From sequence record SRR22947725_1144: a stretch of 20,000 bases of DNA. One strand, 5' to 3'. The translations under genes were made by a program, and so were the position numbers. The notes beneath the pieces were generated by a model. It did not search any database and was not told the origin of the DNA. It worked only from the letters and a program-made list of their open reading frames with translations. Each line of letters starts with the position of its first letter. The first letter of the stretch is position 1. Positions 1-8,240 of this stretch are shown here, in pieces.

Positions 1-308
1 GCGACCCTACACTGAGAATTCATACTCTGACACCACCTCGCGCGGTCAAGGCGAGACTTGTGAATAACCAGATCGCGTTGAATTGGGAGGGCTCGACTGA
101 GGAAGGATGCCGCTATTTCATCTACCGCAGGCATCCAGCAGAGGGATATCAATTACTGAACGACACACCAACAGAAGCGACTTCTTTCGTGGATGATAAT
201 CCTTGGTTCGTGGAGCCGAAATACATGGTGCGTGCGATGAAACCTCAATCAAGCGGAAGTGGAAGCTACCGTAATTTAAGTCAAGCTGCCTATTCAAACA
301 TGGAGTAA
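1..308 (+). CDS. 3' end of a larger protein with a C-terminal fibronectin type III-like domain (5'-truncated by the window)
   Basis: Frame 3 is open from position 3: DPTLRIHTLTPPRAVKARLVNNQIALNWEGS...YFIYRR...SFVD...YMVRA. The (G)DPTLR motif is followed by an FN3-like W/Y pattern. The track's GTG at 60 is internal. Stop TAA at 306-308. Confidence 0.7.
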   Translation, partial: DPTLRIHTLTPPRAVKARLVNNQIALNWEGSTEEGCRYFIYRRHPAEGYQLLNDTPTEATSFVDDNPWFVEPKYMVRAMKPQSSGSGSYRNLSQAAYSNME

Positions 309-2621
309 TCAAGGTGCAAGAAATGCCACTTTACTGCGATCATCGCGGCATTCTTTGATCAATTTTTGATACGTTTGTCGTGCGTGATCATATGCACTCA
401 GTGCCTCCTGCATTTCATTTTTTGCAATGAATCGCTCTTTATTTTTCCAGCATTGATTCACCCCGGCCAAACACCATTCAGCGCTTCGGCGACTTGCACG
501 AATGGGTTTGTCATCGACAACCACAAAAACGGGGTTGGTGTGTGCACTTGGCAGGATTCGAACAGCGACCCAGCTACTGAACTGAAGTGGCACATTGAAT
601 TCCAAATCGTTCAACTTGCCGTCAGCAACAATATCCTGCCGCGCAACAGGGTAACCGTTGACGATCAATTCAACCGGGACTGTTCTGGTGTCACCAATTC
701 GAGCGCGCTCTACATGCCAATAAGGCTTTTGCTGATAAGGTCGGTCTCTGAGGCTTGGATTTATCTGCTCGTCAAGGCGTGCTGCAGCACGCACTTTGAC
801 AGAAACCTCTTTTCCCGTATCCAACTTCAATTCACTACCCAATTCGCCCATGGCACGGTTTTCCACTTTGAAATCCATTAAATGACTGAGGCCGTCACTC
901 ACATAGTTTTTCCCTTCACGAATTCCTTCACACCAAGCTTCGTAATTTAAATGACCTTCAAGTTTGACATAACTTCGCCCCAAACCAACGCGCTCCCCGT
1001 AAATGCATGGAAAGTCCGTCTCACCGCTGATGCGAGTACGATAACCGACATTCAATGTGTGATACCAGATATTCAACTCCCAGGCATAAGGCGTATCCAC
1101 CGTGGAAATAAAATCCACCGCTGGCACTAAACGCCCATCAGGATCAGGAACCTGATGGGTAACATCAACGATGTATTCATTGGCACCGATACCATTGAAC
1201 GGTGGCACTTCGTAATTAGGCAAAGCAGCGCCCGCCACTTCAAGACCCCAACCTGAATGAGCAGGGCCCACCAAAGCACCTTGGGTTTTGGCCCATCGGA
1301 GTGTGTTCAAACAAAGCGTTGGCCAATGGTGCTTGGAATCACCTCCGGGATAAATCTGTTCCTTTAGGCGCAGTAAACACAGATGACCCGATTGGTGCGA
1401 CCCGAAACCCGAAACCTCAACATCATAGCGGAGTAAATAGGGATAACGTGAAACCGCATCGTCTTCTCCGGTAAAAAATTGTTTCTGGTAATCAAAACAG
1501 GGCCCCCAGGTCAAGTTCGCCCCCACTTTCAAATCTTCTCCCAGAATATGACGCAGCATGTCAGGCGCATGCACACCCTCAGTGGGATCTGTGTAATGTG
1601 CGCATCCGGCAGCATGGATATGGTGATCGCCGCTCCAATAACCAAAAAGTGAGGGGTCAATCCATCGCTGGACTGAAAAATGCAAATCACGTGTCTTTTC
1701 AGTGACCTTCACAATCCGCTTGGTCGGAATTGATTCTGGCCCGCGAGCAAATTTTATTTCATAGGTACCGGACGGTAACAGGAGCTTCTCGCCATCATTC
1801 CGATAAATCTGGGGATGAAAGGAAAAATCAGGAGCAAGGCGTTTGGCTTGAGAAGGGTAAACCCGCCCGAGAGCATCACGAATTTCAAACGTTCCTGTCG
1901 TGGGTTGCCCTTCTTCGTCTTTGACATTGAGCGTAATTTCAACTGCCGGACGACAGGTAAACAAAATATCAATTTCATTTCGAAACCCGATGTCCTGCGT
2001 CCCCTGCCCCACATTGAATCCCATCCTTGCTTCACGCTTGCCTGCATCGCGGCTGTAAAGCTGAACCAATCTGTACTCAAGCTCCAAACCTGACAGGGTT
2101 TTGGTCAGGGGCTGCGCGTCGAATGTTTGAACCTCCAGCCAGCGATCATCAACCGCTTCTGCAGGTGAGTTATGAAGCCGAACAGCATTGGGGCTCTGAG
2201 TCTTCAATGCTGCTGTGACTCCAGCCTGATTATTGACTTTCACAAGGAACTGAGTCCATCCGTGCTGCATGAGATACGGATCTGCGGGTCCCTGGGCTAC
2301 TTTCACTCGCATCTCGGGATTGATATTGACCAAGTAAAGACAGTGCTGGTCTAGGATCGCTTGAATCTGACTGGAACCATATTCTGGATCCTTTGCCTTC
2401 ATCGCAGATTCGATGGCATTTTTTTCTGTAGTGGAAAATGGAACACCCAGATAATCAGTCGCTTCAATCAACCTCCTAACCTGAGCTCTCAGTGGTTGCC
2501 ATGCCACGCCCGCAATCACAGGTAATTCCGCAGAAACCACGGAGAAGGATGGGATTGTCAGTGATAAGAAAAGCATCCAGACAAGAACGCTACCTCGTGA
2601 GAAAAAACATTGATTCCGCAT
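309..2621 (-). CDS. Secreted CehA/McbA-family (PHP-like) metallohydrolase, 770 aa
   Basis: Hydrophobic N-terminal signal, a beta-sandwich-like region (GTYEIKFARGPE), PHP-type metal motifs WSGDHHIH, GHL, PAHSG and SGETD, and a C-terminal AHTNPVFV motif typical of this family. Confidence 0.8.
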   Translation of the reverse strand: MRNQCFFSRGSVLVWMLFLSLTIPSFSVVSAELPVIAGVAWQPLRAQVRRLIEATDYLGVPFSTTEKNAIESAMKAKDPEYGSSQIQAILDQHCLYLVNINPEMRVKVAQGPADPYLMQHGWTQFLVKVNNQAGVTAALKTQSPNAVRLHNSPAEAVDDRWLEVQTFDAQPLTKTLSGLELEYRLVQLYSRDAGKREARMGFNVGQGTQDIGFRNEIDILFTCRPAVEITLNVKDEEGQPTTGTFEIRDALGRVYPSQAKRLAPDFSFHPQIYRNDGEKLLLPSGTYEIKFARGPESIPTKRIVKVTEKTRDLHFSVQRWIDPSLFGYWSGDHHIHAAGCAHYTDPTEGVHAPDMLRHILGEDLKVGANLTWGPCFDYQKQFFTGEDDAVSRYPYLLRYDVEVSGFGSHQSGHLCLLRLKEQIYPGGDSKHHWPTLCLNTLRWAKTQGALVGPAHSGWGLEVAGAALPNYEVPPFNGIGANEYIVDVTHQVPDPDGRLVPAVDFISTVDTPYAWELNIWYHTLNVGYRTRISGETDFPCIYGERVGLGRSYVKLEGHLNYEAWCEGIREGKNYVSDGLSHLMDFKVENRAMGELGSELKLDTGKEVSVKVRAAARLDEQINPSLRDRPYQQKPYWHVERARIGDTRTVPVELIVNGYPVARQDIVADGKLNDLEFNVPLQFSSWVAVRILPSAHTNPVFVVVDDKPIRASRRSAEWCLAGVNQCWKNKERFIAKNEMQEALSAYDHARQTYQKLIKECRDDRSKVAFLAP

Positions 2622-2793
2622 GGTAATTTAGTTCGGGTTAGATTGTTGATATTATCAGGAAATAGGGGATTGTCATGAGTTTTTTTGAGTTGCGCGAGGG
2701 TATGACACATCCCTTGCGGCACCCCTTTTCTCTCGATGCCAGTATAAGCAGCCCTTGTATCCGGACTCAAATGGGGTTATCGGTGTGCTCTGA

Positions 2794-3654
2794 ATGGATA
2801 CGAGATTTAGATCTGCAACATTGATATTGGCAATACACGGTTCTACCGAGGACACTCGGCCTGAGGAGGCCGGAAACAGCCTTGCCGCTTCTATTCGCAG
2901 CAAGGGCGTCTTTGGTGAGGTTAAAGCTGCTTATCACAAACACAGACCGTTACTTCTGGATTCATTGACTCAAGCAAATGGAAAGCTGGTCATCATCGTC
3001 CCCATGCTGATGAGCAAAGGGTATTTCACTGAAAAAGTTTTTCCCGACGCCTTCCAACTGCAGGCAACACCCGATGTGGCCTTTCCTTGGGTTTCTATAT
3101 TTGAAGACAAAAAAGTTATTTATGCAGGACCTATAGGACTTCATCCAGGTATGGAAAGCCTGGTGCTCGAATCCGCAGATCGAGTACTGAAAGAGCATCC
3201 ATTCCCCATCAAAATCCCTTTATCCAATGCATCCATTGCACTGATCGGACACGGAACCTCGCGTCATGCTAAATCACGCGAATCAGTGGATAAATTAGCT
3301 GGAAAGTTGGCTATGGACTCAAAAAAATGCCAAGGGGTTCGCACTTTTTTTATCGAAGAGGAACCCGCCATTGAAGCGATCTATGAATGGAACACTCCCA
3401 ACGAAAACGTCGTCGTTGTGCCTTTCATGCTCGCGGATGGACCGCATGCAGCGCAGGATATTCCTGTTGCGCTCGGACAAACGGAAAAAGAATTGAAACG
3501 TAGTCTCAAGCAAGGAACCTCGACTTGGCGTAACCCAACAGAACGTCACGGAAAACGCATCTGGATCAGCACCCCTGTAGGTTTATCTCCGCTTTTGCCC
3601 GATCTGATATTGGAATACGTTTCCAATGAAATCTCAGGGATTTTGATGGATTGA
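2794..3654 (+). CDS. CbiX/SirB-family class II chelatase, two-domain
   Basis: Duplicated CbiX domains: AIHGS...VPMLMSKGYF and IGHGT...VPFMLADGPHAAQDIP. Confidence 0.8.
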   Translation: MDTRFRSATLILAIHGSTEDTRPEEAGNSLAASIRSKGVFGEVKAAYHKHRPLLLDSLTQANGKLVIIVPMLMSKGYFTEKVFPDAFQLQATPDVAFPWVSIFEDKKVIYAGPIGLHPGMESLVLESADRVLKEHPFPIKIPLSNASIALIGHGTSRHAKSRESVDKLAGKLAMDSKKCQGVRTFFIEEEPAIEAIYEWNTPNENVVVVPFMLADGPHAAQDIPVALGQTEKELKRSLKQGTSTWRNPTERHGKRIWISTPVGLSPLLPDLILEYVSNEISGILMD

Positions 3655-3737
3655 TTCGTTCTTTGAATCCATATAGTCTTTGGGGTGCGTGGGGGATTTC
3701 TTTGACGAATACTGCAAATCACCCTGCCAGCAGGACG

Positions 3738-4634
3738 ATGGAGTGGAACAAAGTTAGTTTATTGGGATTAGGCCTTTTGGGAGGCTCTCTTGGAAAATCA
3801 CTGATCGCCGGCAACCATGCAAAAAGGGTCGCCGGTTTTGTGCGTCGTAATGAACGAATTCATGAAGCCCTCCATGCCGGAGTGGCCCACGAGGCTTCCA
3901 TGAACCTGGAAGAAGTGGTGAGGGACGCAGATCTGGTGGTGCTCTGCACTCCGGTGTTGAAAATGCTGCCTGTCACCGAGGCAATGCAAAGCTACTTGAA
4001 GCCCGGGGCACTTGTCACGGACGTCGGGAGTGTCAAAGGCCCTCTAGTTCAATTACTTGAACCTTTAATCGCAAAGGCAAACGCCACTTATATAGGCTCA
4101 CACCCTATGGCGGGCAGTGAGCAGCAGGGGCTTGCGCACGCCAGATCCGATCTTTTCCAGGGTGCTACCTGCGTGGTTACTCCAACACAAAATTCACCCG
4201 AGAAGGCCATCGAAAAAATTCAACATCTGTGGAAACAAGTAGAAGGTATCCCCGAACTCATGGACGCGAAGGAGCATGACATCAGGGTAGCACGCTGCAG
4301 TCATTTACCCCACGTGACTGCAACCATGTTAGCGGACTGGATACTGGCCCCGGAACACGGCGATCAGCAGGCCAAGCTCTGCAGCACTGGGTTCAAAGAC
4401 ACCACGCGTGTCGCATCCGGTTCACCCGAGATGTGGTGCGACATTCTGGCATCCAATAAGATCGCACTTTTAAATTCATTGGATTCTTTCGAGGAACAGT
4501 GCCAGAAAGTCAGGAAATGGATCCATGAAGAGGACGATACTGCACTCTATCACTGGCTGAAAGAGGGTAAATCCAAACGCGATTCCTGGCTGAAAACTTT
4601 CAATAAACGCAGACTCGACCAGGATGTGAAATAA
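3738..4634 (+). CDS. tyrA: Prephenate/arogenate dehydrogenase
   Basis: Motifs GLGLLGGS, DVGSVK, HPMAGSE, HD..SHLPH and GFKDTTRVA. ATG at 3738 with upstream CAGGA is preferred over the track's start at 3651. Confidence 0.93.
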   Translation: MEWNKVSLLGLGLLGGSLGKSLIAGNHAKRVAGFVRRNERIHEALHAGVAHEASMNLEEVVRDADLVVLCTPVLKMLPVTEAMQSYLKPGALVTDVGSVKGPLVQLLEPLIAKANATYIGSHPMAGSEQQGLAHARSDLFQGATCVVTPTQNSPEKAIEKIQHLWKQVEGIPELMDAKEHDIRVARCSHLPHVTATMLADWILAPEHGDQQAKLCSTGFKDTTRVASGSPEMWCDILASNKIALLNSLDSFEEQCQKVRKWIHEEDDTALYHWLKEGKSKRDSWLKTFNKRRLDQDVK

Positions 4635-4675
4635 CAGGTTATTCAGACCACTTCCACCCATTCTTCATTACTGTT

Positions 4676-5965
4676 ATGCCACTACCTGAAGCCATCCTCC
4701 TTCACCCAATACAAACACCTGTGAAAGTCAGGTTAGGCGTACCTGGATCAAAAAGCATCACGAACCGCGCCTTGATTCTCGCCGCCCTCAGTCATGGAAC
4801 AAGGACCCTTGAAGGCGCTTTGTGGAGCGAGGACACGCAGGTCATGGTCAATTGCCTTCGTAAAATTGGATTCGATATCAGCATTTTAGAGGATTCGAGT
4901 GACGAAGCCAACCGCCGAATCCAAGTTCACGGTTCAGGGGGTCGTTTACCATCTCAAGCATGTTTGAACACACCACTGGACTTACATGTGGGAAATGCTG
5001 GAACAGCCGCCCGTTTTCTTCTGGCAATGACTTGTCTGGGCCATGGTCAATACCGGTTGTCCGGTGTGGACAGAATGCATGAACGTCCACAGAAGGAACT
5101 GATCATGGCACTGAGAGAACTTGGATATCAGATTGTTTCCGAAAACGGAAATCTACCAGCCGTCGTTCATGGTCAGGGTCCCAGGCCTGGTAGCTCATGC
5201 ACGGTTTCCATACGGGAAAGCTCTCAGTTTGCCTCTGCCCTGTTATTATCCGCCAAAGCAGGCGGGTGGGACATCAACACTCCGTTGGAACAATCAGAAC
5301 ACGCACCTTACGTGGAAATGACTCGATCCATGATTGAGGCATTTCCACAAAATGAAGGTACTGCCTGTCAAATCGAACCGGACGCATCGGGCGGAAGCTA
5401 TTTTTGGGCGATCAAACATTTGATGAGCAAGTACGGAAGCAATCCCTCTGAAAATATTCAAATCACTCATTGGCCTCAAACCGATTGGCAGATTGATACA
5501 GAATTCCCCAAGTTCCTGCCATTGCCGCCACAGATTTCGCGTGAGCAAGACCTAGGTGACAGCATCATGACATCTATTGTGATGGCTCCATGGTCGTCTC
5601 ATTCAACCACTTTTTCTGAGTTGGGACGCCTGCGTGTTCAGGAATGTGAACGTGTTAAAGCACTGAAAACAGAACTTACCAAGTGCGGCGCTCAAGTAGA
5701 AGAGCATGGGGACACACTCAAGATTCACCCAGGTCGACTGCACGGGGCCAGTATTGATACTTATAATGACCATCGTATGGCGATGTGCTTTGCAGTTGTC
5801 GGGACTCAAATACCCGGCATCGTCATTAAAAACCCTGCTTGTGTGAAAAAAACTTTTCCAAATTTCTTTCAAAAGTTAGCTTCTCCAGCCCCGGAAGGGC
5901 TGAGCATGAAGATTTGTAACGCTTCAACCGGGGAGTTACTGAGTCCGAACGATTTGATTGCCTGA
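4676..5965 (+). CDS. aroA: 3-phosphoshikimate 1-carboxyvinyltransferase (EPSP synthase)
   Basis: Motifs PGSKSITNR, GNAGTAARF, RMHERP, SSQF, DHRMAM and CVKKTFPNFF; tyrA-aroA-cmk synteny. Confidence 0.95.
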   Translation: MPLPEAILLHPIQTPVKVRLGVPGSKSITNRALILAALSHGTRTLEGALWSEDTQVMVNCLRKIGFDISILEDSSDEANRRIQVHGSGGRLPSQACLNTPLDLHVGNAGTAARFLLAMTCLGHGQYRLSGVDRMHERPQKELIMALRELGYQIVSENGNLPAVVHGQGPRPGSSCTVSIRESSQFASALLLSAKAGGWDINTPLEQSEHAPYVEMTRSMIEAFPQNEGTACQIEPDASGGSYFWAIKHLMSKYGSNPSENIQITHWPQTDWQIDTEFPKFLPLPPQISREQDLGDSIMTSIVMAPWSSHSTTFSELGRLRVQECERVKALKTELTKCGAQVEEHGDTLKIHPGRLHGASIDTYNDHRMAMCFAVVGTQIPGIVIKNPACVKKTFPNFFQKLASPAPEGLSMKICNASTGELLSPNDLIA

Positions 5966-5973
5966 AAGAACCC

Positions 5974-6654
5974 ATGAAGAAAACATCCCCCAATGTGATT
6001 GCCATCGATGGCACAAGCGCAAGCGGCAAGAGCACCAATGCAAAACTTGTCGCCAGTAAATTGGGTTTTACTTATGTGGATACCGGCGCCATGTTCCGCA
6101 CCTTGGCTTGGTATTGCCTTAAATCTCGCGTCGACATCCACGATCCGAAAGCCGTGGCTCAACTCTGTAAAAAGTGGAAAACCAAATTGATGTGTATTGA
6201 GGGCAAGGTCAGATTGCTGGTAGATGGATATTTTCCAGAGTCAGAGATTCGGACTGCGGAAACGAGCGCAGCCGTCCCTCATGTCGCCGCAGTACCGAAA
6301 GTAAGAGAATGGATGAAGCTCAAACAGCGCGATTGTATCGATTTTGGTTCTCTCGTGATGGAGGGACGTGATATCGGTACTCAAATTTTCCCTGAAACCG
6401 AACATAAGTTTTATCTGGATGCCAATCTGGCAGAACGTTCCAAACGACGTGAAGCCGAAGGTGTGCAAGAAGATCTTGCCAAACGTGATCAAAGAGACAG
6501 CCAGCGATCCACCGCTCCTCTAATGGTCCCTCTGGGAGCGCTGGTGGTGAATACATCCGGCTTGTCACCTGAAGAATCCAGCCGGCTGATCATTGATGCC
6601 ATCACTGAAAAAGCTCCTGAGATTAAAGAAGCTTGCAAAAACCAGGCGCGATAA
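5974..6654 (+). CDS. cmk: Cytidylate kinase
   Basis: IAIDG..ASGKST P-loop, DTGAMFR, VMEGRDIGT, RDQRDSQR..APL; directly follows aroA. Confidence 0.95.
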   Translation: MKKTSPNVIAIDGTSASGKSTNAKLVASKLGFTYVDTGAMFRTLAWYCLKSRVDIHDPKAVAQLCKKWKTKLMCIEGKVRLLVDGYFPESEIRTAETSAAVPHVAAVPKVREWMKLKQRDCIDFGSLVMEGRDIGTQIFPETEHKFYLDANLAERSKRREAEGVQEDLAKRDQRDSQRSTAPLMVPLGALVVNTSGLSPEESSRLIIDAITEKAPEIKEACKNQAR

Positions 6655-6700
6655 TGAAGTTCGCGATCAAGCATTAAGCAACGATTAAGATGGATAGAAA

Positions 6701-7357
6701 ATGCGATTCGGTTATTTTTTATTTTGGTGTGCTTTTCGAGCAATGTTCAAGGTCCTCTTCGATTGCCGGATATATCACGCAGACCGTGTTCCACTGAATG
6801 GGCCGGTTCTGCTTGCAGCCAACCATGCCAGTTTCATGGACCCTCCCTTGATTGGCTCCTGTCTAAATCGCGAAACACATTACCTGGCACGCAACACTTT
6901 ATTTCGTTTCCCAATATTCAAAAACATACTGGATTACATTAATGTCATTCCCGTTGATCGCAATGGAAGAAGCCCAAAAGGACTCAGGGCAGTAACAAAT
7001 AGCCTGAAAAAAAACCATTCTGTGATCCTGTTTCCAGAAGGAACCCGAAGCCATGACGGCAAATTGCAGCGAGCAAAATCGGGTGTCGGATTATTGGCCA
7101 TAAAATCCGAGGCTCCTGTCGTGCCAATCCGCGTATTTGGAACTTTCGAGTCTTATGGGCGCCACCTCAAGTGGCCAAGACCAAAGCGTTTGCACGTCAA
7201 AATGGGAAATCCTATGTGGCTAAATGATTTACGCACCGAAGCAAGAACCGCAGATAAAGAACGAACGAAGCAAATTTACCAGGAAGCAGCGGATCAAATC
7301 ATGACTGCTATCGATAAGTTGACACCTAACGCAGATTGCAAAACTTTCGGAAATTAA
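6701..7357 (+). CDS. plsC: 1-acyl-sn-glycerol-3-phosphate acyltransferase (lysophospholipid acyltransferase)
   Basis: NHASFMD (HX4D) and FPEGTRS motifs; the common cmk-plsC linkage. Confidence 0.92.
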   Translation: MRFGYFLFWCAFRAMFKVLFDCRIYHADRVPLNGPVLLAANHASFMDPPLIGSCLNRETHYLARNTLFRFPIFKNILDYINVIPVDRNGRSPKGLRAVTNSLKKNHSVILFPEGTRSHDGKLQRAKSGVGLLAIKSEAPVVPIRVFGTFESYGRHLKWPRPKRLHVKMGNPMWLNDLRTEARTADKERTKQIYQEAADQIMTAIDKLTPNADCKTFGN

Positions 7358-7414
7358 TGCAGCGTGGGTTGTCGCTTGCTTCCATTTCTTCTCACAGGCA
7401 GGATTCATAAAATA

Positions 7415-8227
7415 ATGTCCGACAAAAATAAAAAATTCATTCATCTGACATCACATGCACACGAGCTATCCTGGAAAACGGAGGTCATCGGTGAGGCAGA
7501 TACATGGATTTGCCTGAACAAGCAAACACACCTCGGAACGGAACATGACCACCATCATCAAGATCGTCCGCACATGCAGGCAATTGTTGAGCAGGACATC
7601 AAGCGGCAGGCTGGATGGATGCGTGAGCGTGGTATCGACTATTTGAAACCAGCAAACATTCTGGACTTTGAAACGACAGGAGCCAGCTTGTGGGGCAAAA
7701 ATGAATCTGGCGCACTAGCTTTGAAAGATTGTATCCATTCCGAAAAGCCTAATCGTTTCTTCCATGCCCTTGTTCACGGCAGCCCTGAAGAGGAACAATT
7801 CGAAGTCGACCTCAGGCTGACGCCACATCGTTTTCAACCCTGGATCATGAAGGCGAGCAAAGAAGGTAAAAAAACCGTCACTCAGTTTGAAGTTCTGGAG
7901 AAATTCCAGGGCTACACTCTATTAAAATGTATTCCCGTCACAGAGCGCTACCACCAGGTCCGGGCGCACCTGGGATGCAGACAGCTTCCAGTTGTAGGAG
8001 ATGCAATTTACGGCGGAGGTTTGTTGATGCTGTCGGAAATGAAACGTAATTACCGCCAAAAGAAAGATCGCCCCGAACGCCCACTGCTGGACCGGGCCGC
8101 CATCCATTTGGCAGAAGTACATTTCCCTGACCCCATTTCAGGTGAAGATCGGAAAGTCCAGGCCCCCATGCAGCATGATTGGGAAGTCGCTTTCAAATAC
8201 CTTCGAAAATACGCCACTGGCAATTGA
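7415..8227 (+). CDS. RluA-family pseudouridine synthase homolog with degenerate motifs
   Basis: LNK motif I region, LDFETTG (motif II), T.R.HQVRAHL, PVVGDAIYG and LDRAAIH. ATG at 7415 is preferred over GTG at 7364. Confidence 0.85.
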   Translation: MSDKNKKFIHLTSHAHELSWKTEVIGEADTWICLNKQTHLGTEHDHHHQDRPHMQAIVEQDIKRQAGWMRERGIDYLKPANILDFETTGASLWGKNESGALALKDCIHSEKPNRFFHALVHGSPEEEQFEVDLRLTPHRFQPWIMKASKEGKKTVTQFEVLEKFQGYTLLKCIPVTERYHQVRAHLGCRQLPVVGDAIYGGGLLMLSEMKRNYRQKKDRPERPLLDRAAIHLAEVHFPDPISGEDRKVQAPMQHDWEVAFKYLRKYATGN

Positions 8228-8240
8228 CCCAACACACTTC

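Noticed and set aside
366..881. 171-aa plus-strand ORF
   Set aside because: Antisense shadow of the metallohydrolase gene, with no recognisable motifs.
3651..3737. N-terminal extension of TyrA
   Set aside because: The Rossmann motif starts just after ATG 3738, which has an RBS-like sequence.
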